Source of the DNA: Bacillota bacterium
GTDB lineage: Bacteria; Bacillota_I; Bacilli_A; RF39; UBA660
NCBI GenBank assembly: GCA_023430885.1
Contig: JAEYYH010000032.1
Location: 19,279-83,278, forward strand
Length of the DNA: 64,000 nt
Reading direction: 5' to 3'
The position numbers and the translations under genes are program-made. The notes under the pieces are model-generated. The model had not been told where the DNA came from. It did no database searches and was given only the letters and a program-made list of their open reading frames with translations. Below, piece after piece: positions 27,808-37,340 of this stretch. Position 1 is the stretch's first letter; the number at the start of each line of letters is the position of its first letter.

Positions 27808-29986
27808 TAAGTTGTGATAGAGCTATTTCTTTATATACATCACAATTATTCATTAATTCTTTATGATTTCCAATACCAACTACTTTACCTTCATCAAGTA
27901 CAACTATTTGATCAGCATTTAATATAGTACTAATTCTTTGAGCAACTATAAATACTGTCTTATCTTCTGTAACTTTTGTTAATTCACTACGTAATTTAGC
28001 ATCAGTTTTCAAATCAAGAGCAGAGAAACTGTCATCAAATATGTATATATCTGGATTAATTGCAATAGCTCTTGCTATAGATAATCTTTGTCTTTGACCA
28101 CCAGATACATTTGTACCACCTTGTGATATTTCTGCTTCATATTTTCCATCTAAATTTTCAATAAAGTCAGATGCTTGCGCTATACTAGCAGCTTTTTTCA
28201 TTTCTTTATCTGTAATTTTAGAATCACCATATTTTATATTACTTTCGACATCACCGCTAAATAGCATACCTTTTTGTGGTACATATCCTATTTTAGCTCT
28301 TAAATCTTTAGTAGATACATCTCTTATATCTACTCCATCTATTAATATGGCTCCTTCAGTAACATCGTAAAATCTAGGAATCAAATTAATTAGTGTTGAC
28401 TTTCCACTACCAGTAGAACCAATAAAGGCTGTTGTTGTTCCTGGTTTAGAGATAAAGTTAATATCTGTAATTACATCATCATTAGCATCAGGATATCTAA
28501 AGCTGACTCTCTTAAATTCAACAACTCCTTTTTTAGAATTATCAAATTTCTTTGAAACCTCATTTTCTTTTATTGCTACTTCTGTATTTATTATTTCAAC
28601 TATTCTGTTAGCTGAAACACTTGCTCTTGGAAGCATAATACTCATCATACCTATAAATAAGAATGACATTATTATTTGCATACTATATTGAATATATGCC
28701 ATCATGTCTCCTACTTGCATTACTCCATCATTTATGCCATATGCACCCTTCCAAACGATAGCAATGCATACTACATTCATAAGAAGCATCATAAAAGGCA
28801 TCATGAAGGCCATTGTTCTATTAACAAATAAGTTCACTTTGTTTAAATTTGAATTAGCGTCATCAAATCTTTTTTCTTCATGTTTTTCATTATTAAAAGC
28901 ACGAATTACTGGAATACCAGTTAAAATTTCTCTAGTTACTAAGTTTAATTTATCAACTAATGTTTGTAATTTTTTAAACTTAGGCATAACTATAGTAAAT
29001 AAAGTAGTAATTATAATTAATAAAGCCGCTACTGCTAAAGCAATAATCCACCCCATTGAACCAGAAGTACTAGTAGTCTTAATAATACCTCCTACTGCTA
29101 TAATTGGTGCATAGAATACTACTCTCATAAGCATAACTATTATTTGTTGTACTTGTTGAATATCATTAGTAGTTCTAGTTATTAATGAAGCAGTACCATA
29201 ATTTTTCATCTCTGTTTTTGAAAAACCTACTACTTTAGAAAATACCTTACTTCTTAAAGTAAGAGCAAGATTGGCTGCAAGGCGTGAACCTAGAAGTCCA
29301 ACTGCTAATGCTAAAATCATAATTAATAAAGCAATAGCTAACATCTTAGCACCACTTACTAATATATAATTAGTTTGTAAGGCTCCTGTATCTATACCAA
29401 TACTTTTATATTCTTCCTGTATTGCTAAGATAGCTGTACTAGTTAAGATAGTTTCAGGCATTGCTTCCAATTTTTTATTAACATTTGAAAGCATATCATC
29501 AATTTGTTCACTAGTCATATATTTTAAGGCTGTGTAAAAATCAACGTTCCCTGGTACTGCAAAACCATATTCAGCAGCTTTACCAGATGTAATCATATAA
29601 TCCATCATAAGAGGCAAAGATAAAATATCACTTATTTTTTCTTTCACATCTTCATCTTTGGTATTTAATTTATATAAATTTTCTGTTTCAAGTATAGGAT
29701 ATTCATCCTTATAATCATTATAATCTTCAGTAGTTAATAAATCATAATAACTATCAAGATATTCTTTTTCATCATCTGATAAAAATAACTCTATATTATC
29801 ATATTTTTCTGCAGTTATTACTGTAGCTGCAGCACTCTCTATACCATTTTGTTGTATACCCACATTAACTATTTTAGAAGTATATTCAGGTAATTTTAAA
29901 TCACAAATGGCTTGTGTTACAAGTAACAGGATTATAACTATAATTGATAATATTGAAGATTTTAAATATTTAAATAATTTTAGCAT
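27782..29986 (-). CDS. ABC transporter permease/ATP-binding fused protein, heterodimer partner, with ~180-aa extracytoplasmic insert after TM1
   Basis: 734 aa; Walker A GSTGSGKST, signature VSGGQRQR, Walker B IYIFDDSFSALD; overlaps downstream partner by 26 nt. Confidence 0.85.
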   Translation of the reverse strand: MLKLFKYLKSSILSIIVIILLLVTQAICDLKLPEYTSKIVNVGIQQNGIESAAATVITAEKYDNIELFLSDDEKEYLDSYYDLLTTEDYNDYKDEYPILETENLYKLNTKDEDVKEKISDILSLPLMMDYMITSGKAAEYGFAVPGNVDFYTALKYMTSEQIDDMLSNVNKKLEAMPETILTSTAILAIQEEYKSIGIDTGALQTNYILVSGAKMLAIALLIMILALAVGLLGSRLAANLALTLRSKVFSKVVGFSKTEMKNYGTASLITRTTNDIQQVQQIIVMLMRVVFYAPIIAVGGIIKTTSTSGSMGWIIALAVAALLIIITTLFTIVMPKFKKLQTLVDKLNLVTREILTGIPVIRAFNNEKHEEKRFDDANSNLNKVNLFVNRTMAFMMPFMMLLMNVVCIAIVWKGAYGINDGVMQVGDMMAYIQYSMQIIMSFLFIGMMSIMLPRASVSANRIVEIINTEVAIKENEVSKKFDNSKKGVVEFKRVSFRYPDANDDVITDINFISKPGTTTAFIGSTGSGKSTLINLIPRFYDVTEGAILIDGVDIRDVSTKDLRAKIGYVPQKGMLFSGDVESNIKYGDSKITDKEMKKAASIAQASDFIENLDGKYEAEISQGGTNVSGGQRQRLSIARAIAINPDIYIFDDSFSALDLKTDAKLRSELTKVTEDKTVFIVAQRISTILNADQIVVLDEGKVVGIGNHKELMNNCDVYKEIALSQLSEEELSNV

Positions 29987-30591
29987 AACTTCTCTCTTTC
30001 TATACCCTTTCTTATTATATTAATCTGTTTAATATAATGTTCTTTGATCTTTTCTTTTTGCTCAAGATGATTAAATGTATGTGCAACACTTTGAAAAAAT
30101 AGTGGCATTAAAATACTAAGTAATACATATATATCATCTTCTTTTAAATCTAATGTATCCTTATTAATATTTGCAATTACCAGTTTATCATTCTCTCTTT
30201 TACAGTCTTTTCTAGGAACTGATGATTCTAATCTTCTTGTATTCATATTTAAAAAGAACTTATTAATTAGCAAAGTAATATCAGAATCACTATTACTAAT
30301 GATAAAATCATATAGAATTATATATGAATCAAAAATATTGCCATCGTTTTCCTTTAAAATAGTAATAAATCTTTTAATTAGATTATCTTTATAAAAAGTA
30401 AAAATATAATTATATATATCCTCTTTATTTTCAAAATATAAATAAAAACTCCCCCTTGGCATATTTATATCTTTAATAATCTGATTAATAGAGGCATCTT
30501 CAAATAAATTATTTGAAAATTCTTTCTTAGCTGCTTCAATTAGTTTAGTCTTTTTATCATCTGATAAATTAAAAAAAGCACTTGTTGGCAT
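29980..30591 (-). CDS. TetR/AcrR family transcriptional regulator
   Basis: 203 aa, N-terminal TetR HTH (KLIEAAKKEFSNNLFEDASINQIIKDINMPRGSFYLYF); overlaps ABC gene start, so a TetR-ABC-ABC operon. Confidence 0.7.
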   Translation of the reverse strand: MPTSAFFNLSDDKKTKLIEAAKKEFSNNLFEDASINQIIKDINMPRGSFYLYFENKEDIYNYIFTFYKDNLIKRFITILKENDGNIFDSYIILYDFIISNSDSDITLLINKFFLNMNTRRLESSVPRKDCKRENDKLVIANINKDTLDLKEDDIYVLLSILMPLFFQSVAHTFNHLEQKEKIKEHYIKQINIIRKGIEREKLC

Positions 30592-30705
30592 ACATTCATC
30601 TCCTTTATAGCAACCACAACATTATATCACTGACAACATGTCAGGTCAATAGAAAAAATTAAAAATTCACAAGAAAAAAAGAAAAAGCAAACAATTAAGT
30701 TCACT

Positions 30706-31782
30706 TTATTTAATCATACCATTTGATAGCAATATATATAGTATACAAAATGCACCGTATATAATTGTAAGCAGGCAAATGAATACTATACTTGTAAAAC
30801 CGTTATATTTTTTATTAAGATCCTTCATAGTTAATGCTTTAACTTTTGGCTGAACTTCTAAAGTTTCTGGACCTTTTTGAATTTCTTGTTGTTTTTGCAT
30901 TAGTCTTCTTTTTTCTACAATTCTTTTTAATATTACTTTTTGATCATCAGTTAGCGAATCGAATCTGTTATTTAATGTGAATTCAAGTTCATAATCATCC
31001 ATTTGTTCAAAAATTTGTTCAGCGGGATTTTCTACTGTTACAGCTGTTTCAATTCCATTGTCATTAATTGCTTGGACATCTTCTGAAACTGTTTCTACGC
31101 CCTTCTCATCAGCTTTTCTAATTTCCATCTGCCCTAAAGTATTAAGATGAGTATAATATGTTTCACCAGTATCTCTATTAATATATATATTACGTTTTGT
31201 ATCTGCAACAAAATTATTTATATCCGTTTCTTGCATATGAATAATAGAAGCAAACTGTCTTCTTTCCTCCGGTGTTAAATCACGTTTATCAATATCAACT
31301 GTTGATACTAAGTTAGCTTCTTCTTTTTCTTTTTGCATTGCATCAATTATTTCTTCTCTATTTTGGACACCATTTGTAGTTCTATAATCCATGCTTGAGT
31401 TTTGCTTATCTTGAAATTGAGTTACAAAGTCATCTTTACTCATATTATCATCAAGTACTGTATAAGTATCATCTGGATTTTCTACCTTTATATATTCTTT
31501 ATCATCCACTTTAAAACCAGTTACATTATCTAAATTAAGACTTGATGTATTAACTTTAGTCTTATCATAATAATCTAAAATTATTGTAGCTATCTTATTT
31601 AAATCTTCAACGTTATGCTCTATTCCATAAGATTCTAAACTTCTTAACATTTCAGAATTATTTGCAACCATCTCCGGAATATTTTTTAAATATTGAGCTA
31701 ATGCCTCTTTACTTTCAAATTCACCATTATTAATTCTGCCTTTAATATCATCAATAAAATTTTCGTCATAAAATTCACTCAT
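30706..31782 (-). CDS. hypothetical C-terminally membrane-anchored protein
   Basis: 358-aa acidic soluble region followed by a single C-terminal TM helix. Confidence 0.4.
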   Translation of the reverse strand: MSEFYDENFIDDIKGRINNGEFESKEALAQYLKNIPEMVANNSEMLRSLESYGIEHNVEDLNKIATIILDYYDKTKVNTSSLNLDNVTGFKVDDKEYIKVENPDDTYTVLDDNMSKDDFVTQFQDKQNSSMDYRTTNGVQNREEIIDAMQKEKEEANLVSTVDIDKRDLTPEERRQFASIIHMQETDINNFVADTKRNIYINRDTGETYYTHLNTLGQMEIRKADEKGVETVSEDVQAINDNGIETAVTVENPAEQIFEQMDDYELEFTLNNRFDSLTDDQKVILKRIVEKRRLMQKQQEIQKGPETLEVQPKVKALTMKDLNKKYNGFTSIVFICLLTIIYGAFCILYILLSNGMIK

Positions 31783-32058
31783 ATTATCACCTATTTTAAT
31801 TATATCACAAATATAATTATTAACAATTTATATAATGTAACTATTTAAACTTATTTTTATATGTCAACTAAAATTAGAAAATTATTTTATTTTTCTTATA
31901 AAAGCTGTTTTTTGTATAATAATCCAAGGAATTAATGTCAATTTTCGCCTTATTTTACATAAAATTTGACGCTTAATTGACATTTTTGTAAAAGAAAATA
32001 ATTGTAAATAAAAAAAATAAAAGATATAATTAATTTATAAGAGAAAGGGGTCTAAAGT

Positions 32059-32691
32059 ATGCGTATACTCAAAAAAGCAAGATTTGTTTTAGTATTAATT
32101 TCTTTTTCTGTATGTCTTGGTTTAATGAGTAGTACTTATTCAAGATATGTTGCAGGTACCACTAGTAATATTGAAGTACTATTTGCTAAATGGCAAATAC
32201 TAGTTAACAACACTGATATTACAAGTAATACAAGTTCTTCGATAACATTTGTACCCGTTATTGAAGAAAATAACTATGTTGAAGCTAATACTGTTGCACC
32301 TTCTTCAAAAGGATACTTTGATATAGCCGTTGATCCTAGTAACGTAGGAGTTTCATTTAAATATACAATTAATTTAGCAGTAGCAAATGAAAATATGCCT
32401 GACTTGATGATTACAAAATATTCAATTATTCCTTCTACTTATGTTGAAGGAGATCCACTTGAAGTTACTAACTTAACTGATAACACTATAACAAACACAT
32501 TAAATTTTGATAAAAATATTACGTCATTTAAATTCACACCTTTTACTATCAGAGTCTACTTTGAATGGTACGAAGGTACAGGTGAAACAATGACTGATGT
32601 TGAAGATACAGCTGCTGGATTATCTGCTGTTACTGATAATACAAAATTTCAAATGACCGCCAATATTAATTTCGAACAAATCTTTGAATAA
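32059..32691 (+). CDS. small secreted protein with SipW-cognate-like signal peptide (possible TasA/camelysin-like)
   Basis: 210 aa; only plus-strand gene; N-terminal h-region then STYSRYVAGTT; RBS aaaggggtctaaagtATG. Confidence 0.45.
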   Translation: MRILKKARFVLVLISFSVCLGLMSSTYSRYVAGTTSNIEVLFAKWQILVNNTDITSNTSSSITFVPVIEENNYVEANTVAPSSKGYFDIAVDPSNVGVSFKYTINLAVANENMPDLMITKYSIIPSTYVEGDPLEVTNLTDNTITNTLNFDKNITSFKFTPFTIRVYFEWYEGTGETMTDVEDTAAGLSAVTDNTKFQMTANINFEQIFE

Positions 32692-32791
32692 AATATATAT
32701 GTATTTAAGAAGTAGATTAAATTTCTACTTCTTTTTGTGAGATAAAAAAAACAACATTTCAAATGTTGTTTCAATATATAAACATATTTCA

Positions 32792-34021
32792 TTACAAGTT
32801 TGTTTTTGGTGCTATTATTACTGGTATTACATTACAACTTGTTGTTTTAGCTTCGCCATACATTTTAGAATTAATTTCATCAATTTTTTTAACTGCAAAG
32901 CCGTTATTACTATTATATTCATTACTTGTCCAATAACAGTTAGCTGAAGAGATATAATTAAATTTTTCATTTGAGAAATTATAATGACCATTTGAACTAA
33001 CTGCTTTAGCAATTTCTGTATTCATACGAGTACCATAATTTAATTTTCCTATAATTAAATCAGATATATTATCTCTAATTAAAGTTGATTCAATTACATC
33101 TTTTGAAGTTATTTTTAATAAATCTTCAACCGTTAAGGCTCTTGTCCCTACCGTCCATCCACTTGTTACGGACGACAGTGTCATAGCATAATCATTAAAA
33201 CTACTACTTAAGTAAGTATTTTTGACATTTGGTAACAAAGTAACTGTATCATCACCCAATGTGTTATTCGTATCTATTACGTATGTTGTAAGACAGGTTG
33301 TACTAATTTCTGTACACGCTTCATTATTTACAACATCATATAAAATAACGTCACCTAAATCATATTTAGGATCACTGGTTGTATTAGATTCTATGTATTG
33401 TTCAGCTTTTACACTAATTACAATTTGAATTGATGGTTTAATCTGATAATTCGCATCATTATTTTTTTTTGTTATTTCACTCTGTTCAAATTTATAGGCT
33501 TCTGTTCCCCATAAACTGTCTAGAGAATCAATACCAGAATCTAAAGGCCAAGATACGGAAACCTCAAATGAACTTTCCTCACCTTTAGCTAAAATATAAT
33601 TTTTACTTAAATTAATATTAATATGAAATGGATAATCGTGTGATAATACATCTTCAACAGATTCAGAAGTTGTTGCCGTATCATCTATTACATAATTATC
33701 GGCTTCATCGCCTAAAATTCTAGCAGAAACAATTGAATAACTAAGCTGAGCATCAGAATCACCCAAATTTTTAATGTTGACTAGTTCATCCACTATATCC
33801 ATTCCTGGATAAATATCAGATAAAGATATAACGATATCATTAGAAACCGGTTGACCATCTTTATCCAATTCTATATACCAAGCTTTAACACCTATTTCAG
33901 TAGAAACACTTGATAAACCACTATAAGCAAACCAAGCAAGTGTTACAGATATAAATGAAATTACTATAAAGGTTACAGACATTATATTTAATCTTAAATA
34001 TAATTTATGCTTTTTTTCCAA
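32792..34021 (-). CDS. secreted TasA-like protein with SipW-cognate signal peptide
   Basis: 409 aa; signal VISFISVTLAWFAYSG; segment IYPGMDIVDELVNIKNLGDSDAQLSY resembles the TasA/camelysin N-terminal PGD...N-G-S block; directly downstream of the sipW-like gene (sipW-tasA arrangement). Confidence 0.5.
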   Translation of the reverse strand: MEKKHKLYLRLNIMSVTFIVISFISVTLAWFAYSGLSSVSTEIGVKAWYIELDKDGQPVSNDIVISLSDIYPGMDIVDELVNIKNLGDSDAQLSYSIVSARILGDEADNYVIDDTATTSESVEDVLSHDYPFHININLSKNYILAKGEESSFEVSVSWPLDSGIDSLDSLWGTEAYKFEQSEITKKNNDANYQIKPSIQIVISVKAEQYIESNTTSDPKYDLGDVILYDVVNNEACTEISTTCLTTYVIDTNNTLGDDTVTLLPNVKNTYLSSSFNDYAMTLSSVTSGWTVGTRALTVEDLLKITSKDVIESTLIRDNISDLIIGKLNYGTRMNTEIAKAVSSNGHYNFSNEKFNYISSANCYWTSNEYNSNNGFAVKKIDEINSKMYGEAKTTSCNVIPVIIAPKTNL

Positions 34022-34066
34022 TTATATCACCTCGCCGTTCACTTATATTCTTTGTTTATATTATTA

Positions 34067-34651
34067 CTAATTACTACTAATTTTTTTTCTTCTCTCGTCT
34101 TCTTTTTCTAGCATCGTTGAAAGTATTTCAGATCCTATAATGAAAAGCAAAGGAAGTATTATAAATAAATAAAATCCTATAGTTGTGCCAACAATTCGAT
34201 AAATTATTGAAAGTATAATTGATCTATAAATAACAACGCCATATATCTGGCTTTCAGAAATAGTAGGATCTTCAAATAAGTTTGCTAATCCTTTTGTTTG
34301 GAATAGATATTTTCCATCTTCATCAGTTTTAATACTAACAACTTCATGGGTAATAACTTTATCTTTGAAATCACCAGCTGTTCCTAGATAACTAACTGCA
34401 TCACCAACTTTAATTGTTGATGGATCAACTTCTTTTGAAATTAACACATCTCCAATCTTATACTTGGGCTCCATACTTCCTGAAATTACTGTAAACATTC
34501 TATAATTGAAAAAAGATATTTTATTGTCACTGAAGCGTTGCAAACATACAACAATTATAAATCCAACAAGTATTACAACAAACATTATTTGTGCTATAGT
34601 TGCGACAATTTTATATGCTTTGCTGTTTTTAATTTCCATTAATTTTTTCAT
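34067..34651 (-). CDS. sipW: signal peptidase I, archaeal/ER type (SipW-like)
   Basis: 194 aa; TM1, catalytic VISGSMEPKYKIGD (Ser) and ITHEVV (His), C-terminal second TM typical of SipW. Confidence 0.75.
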   Translation of the reverse strand: MKKLMEIKNSKAYKIVATIAQIMFVVILVGFIIVVCLQRFSDNKISFFNYRMFTVISGSMEPKYKIGDVLISKEVDPSTIKVGDAVSYLGTAGDFKDKVITHEVVSIKTDEDGKYLFQTKGLANLFEDPTISESQIYGVVIYRSIILSIIYRIVGTTIGFYLFIILPLLFIIGSEILSTMLEKEDERRKKISSN

Positions 34652-34660
34652 ATAAATAAC

Positions 34661-35794
34661 CTACAAATAATTTTGAGTCCTTTCTAAATATTCGTCCATT
34701 GCAGACTGAAATTTCTTTTTAATATCAGTACTGCCAATTACTCTTTTTTCTTTTTCATTTTTTATTTCACTAGTTATCATAGCAATTATTTCTTCATCTG
34801 TTATTTTAATTCCACAATTTAGTAATAAAGAAACAGCTCTATGTATTTCTTTTTTTACCATTATAACAGCATATTTTGATAACTTGTCTTTTTGTTCTCT
34901 TTTAGATGAGCTTATTGAATCAAAGACACAATAATCTATCAAGAAAGATTCATCCAAAATTCCTTTTAGGACATCGTTTCCTGTAGTGTCTAAACCATCT
35001 TTAGAACCATCAGTATCTTCATAATCATAAGTTTGTAAGAAGTCCCATAATTTCATAGCAATTTGAAAATTAGGATTTTTTAAAATCATATTAGTTTTCT
35101 TAATTGGAGAAACTACAAATGCAACATGTGCTTTTTCTAAAGATTTTAACATTTCGCTTCTTTTCCAGCTAGCAATGTAATCTTTCATTTTTTTTACTCT
35201 TTTTTTAAGATCATCTAATTCTTTTTGAAAATCATTTTCTTTGCTTCCTTTTGGCATTTCTTTTGAACTTATTTTAAGTTCAACATTAACTTTTTCATAA
35301 CCATTATTAGTAGAAGCAGCATATTCTAAAACTTTATCATTTTTTGTTTTAAAATTTTCTAATGCTACTTCCTTTCTCATAATAAATCTTAACATATTGT
35401 CAATTAAAGTATAAATAAATCTATTTTCATATGTGTTAAATGTTTCTTCATGATGCTCGATTAATATTTTTGATGGACGAACTTCATTAGTAACTTTATC
35501 TATTTTTTCAATAAAATGAGTGTGCTTAGATAAGTCTTTTACACTTGCTACAGTAATTTTTCGAGCTTTCTCTATTTTCACTACTTCTTCTTCTTTAATA
35601 AGAGCCACTTTTGGGTTTCTAACAATATTATCAATATATGGGCAAGAAAATTCAATCTCATTTACCCAGTCGAAAGACATGGAATCATTAGTAATTTCGG
35701 ATTTAAAAGACATATCCGAACTTACATTTTGCATAAACAGTTCGCTTTTTTCTGCTAATTTTTCATCACTAGGAAATTTTTTGGCTCTAGCCAT
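34661..35794 (-). CDS. hypothetical cytoplasmic protein, partner of McrB-like NTPase
   Basis: 377 aa, KE-rich, no TM; 16 bp downstream of 35811..37340. Confidence 0.4.
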   Translation of the reverse strand: MARAKKFPSDEKLAEKSELFMQNVSSDMSFKSEITNDSMSFDWVNEIEFSCPYIDNIVRNPKVALIKEEEVVKIEKARKITVASVKDLSKHTHFIEKIDKVTNEVRPSKILIEHHEETFNTYENRFIYTLIDNMLRFIMRKEVALENFKTKNDKVLEYAASTNNGYEKVNVELKISSKEMPKGSKENDFQKELDDLKKRVKKMKDYIASWKRSEMLKSLEKAHVAFVVSPIKKTNMILKNPNFQIAMKLWDFLQTYDYEDTDGSKDGLDTTGNDVLKGILDESFLIDYCVFDSISSSKREQKDKLSKYAVIMVKKEIHRAVSLLLNCGIKITDEEIIAMITSEIKNEKEKRVIGSTDIKKKFQSAMDEYLERTQNYL

Positions 35795-35810
35795 ATATAA
35801 TCACCACTAT

Positions 35811-37340
35811 CTATACAGACTTTTTAATTCTTTCTAAGTATTCAATACATTCCTTCATATTGTCATCGCCAAATTCTTTTTTTAAATAGGCAATGAAAGG
35901 ATCTATTTCATCACGAATTAATAATATATTTAATTGATCAAACTTACGGAAAATTTTCTTAGCAATAAAGTAATCGATACCATCAACTTCTTTACCACCA
36001 CAAGCAACATAAACTGGTACAAACGTATTTAATTGTTTCATAATACGATTACCAAAAGCTACTCTGAAATGTTTGATAACATAATCATCCATTAATCTAA
36101 TTTTTTCTAAATTTTTATCAGAAACCTTTTTGTTTTCAACTGCTGCTGCAAACAAGGATTCAAGATAACTTGAATTAAGATCTATAGCATCTTGTTCTCT
36201 ACATTTAAAAGGCTCTATTTTGGTATTAATATCAATAGGCATTGCACGGTCATAAACTTTATCAGTAACCATAAATGTTGAATCATCATTATTAATTGTA
36301 CCAATATACCATAAGTTACCAGGCAATTTTAATTTTCCCTCTTTTATACGAACAGGGTCACTAGGCCATGAGTTAGTAACTAACTCAATAATCCATTCTT
36401 CCCTAGAAGGCATTTCTAGAATAGATAACATTTCAGCAAAATAATACTCAACACGAGCGATGTTCATTTCATCCAAAATGATTGTATGTACATCATCATC
36501 AAGTCCTGATATATATAATTCCGCTAATACATCAGTCTCATTAAACTTTTTTGTAAATTCATTGAAATATCCTAATAATTCAGTTTTATCACGCCAAGAA
36601 GGCTCTACTGATGCTATACAAGAATCTTTTTTTACAAACTTTCCCCAAGCATATGCAAGTGAAGTTTTACCTGTTCCTGATATACCTTGTAAAATTACTA
36701 GCTTACCGCAAGCTAAGCCTGCAAAGAACGCTCTTAAAAGTGAAGCATCATAATATAAATGTAACTGACTAGCAGAATAACATCTAAAATTATCTAACAT
36801 TTCATCTAATGTAAAATTATTACCATAATTTTTAACCTTAAGTGTCTTGAATTTTTGATCTATTTTATCAAGTTTAGGAAATCTAATGTCACCAACATTT
36901 TCCTGTTTTTTATCTTCTTCTTTAGGCTCTTCTTCTGGATTTTCTGCATCATTAGGATTTAATCCTAATTGAGAAACTTTCATAGCCATAATTTCATTTT
37001 TTTCTTTCATTAATTTCTTTACTTGGCTATCTAAATCAGCAATTTCGTCTAATAAGTCTTCTTGATTCAATTTATTTTTTCTAAATCTTATTAACTTTCT
37101 AAGACTAAATAAAATGATAAATACAATTAAACCCAATATAATAACTAGAGTGGCTATAACTGAACCAACTAGTAGCCACTCTGATCCTTTAAAACTATCT
37201 TGATAACTATTTATTATTTTCATATATTCTTTGTAGTTAATCATTTGGGTTAAGCCATTAACAAAACCTTTAATTATTAAAAGCACCCCATCAAAGAATA
37301 TTGAAATAAACTCGTAGAAAAATCTTAAAAAAGTATTCAT
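35811..37340 (-). CDS. membrane-anchored McrB-like (AAA_5 family) NTPase
   Basis: 509 aa; two N-terminal TM helices, coiled-coil/acidic linker, Walker A GISGTGKTS, Walker B IILDEMNIARVEYYF (McrB DEiNRa-like), GTINNDDSTF...DRAM sensor region. Confidence 0.6.
   Translation of the reverse strand: MNTFLRFFYEFISIFFDGVLLIIKGFVNGLTQMINYKEYMKIINSYQDSFKGSEWLLVGSVIATLVIILGLIVFIILFSLRKLIRFRKNKLNQEDLLDEIADLDSQVKKLMKEKNEIMAMKVSQLGLNPNDAENPEEEPKEEDKKQENVGDIRFPKLDKIDQKFKTLKVKNYGNNFTLDEMLDNFRCYSASQLHLYYDASLLRAFFAGLACGKLVILQGISGTGKTSLAYAWGKFVKKDSCIASVEPSWRDKTELLGYFNEFTKKFNETDVLAELYISGLDDDVHTIILDEMNIARVEYYFAEMLSILEMPSREEWIIELVTNSWPSDPVRIKEGKLKLPGNLWYIGTINNDDSTFMVTDKVYDRAMPIDINTKIEPFKCREQDAIDLNSSYLESLFAAAVENKKVSDKNLEKIRLMDDYVIKHFRVAFGNRIMKQLNTFVPVYVACGGKEVDGIDYFIAKKIFRKFDQLNILLIRDEIDPFIAYLKKEFGDDNMKECIEYLERIKKSV

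Noticed and set aside
1701-29114. Numerous 60-140-aa plus-strand ORFs embedded antisense within long minus-strand genes (for example 1701..1895, 5333..5629, 7364..7663, 8375..8671, 22890..23117, 28704..29114)
   Set aside because: Low-complexity, Ile/Leu/Phe/Ser-rich translations of AT-rich antisense strands inside well-supported genes (uvrA, ABC transporter, clpC). No RBS or promoter support.
32827-33428. ORFs 32827..33012 (-) and 33222..33428 (+) inside the 409-aa TasA-like gene
   Set aside because: Nested or antisense short ORFs within a gene that has a clear signal peptide and operon context.
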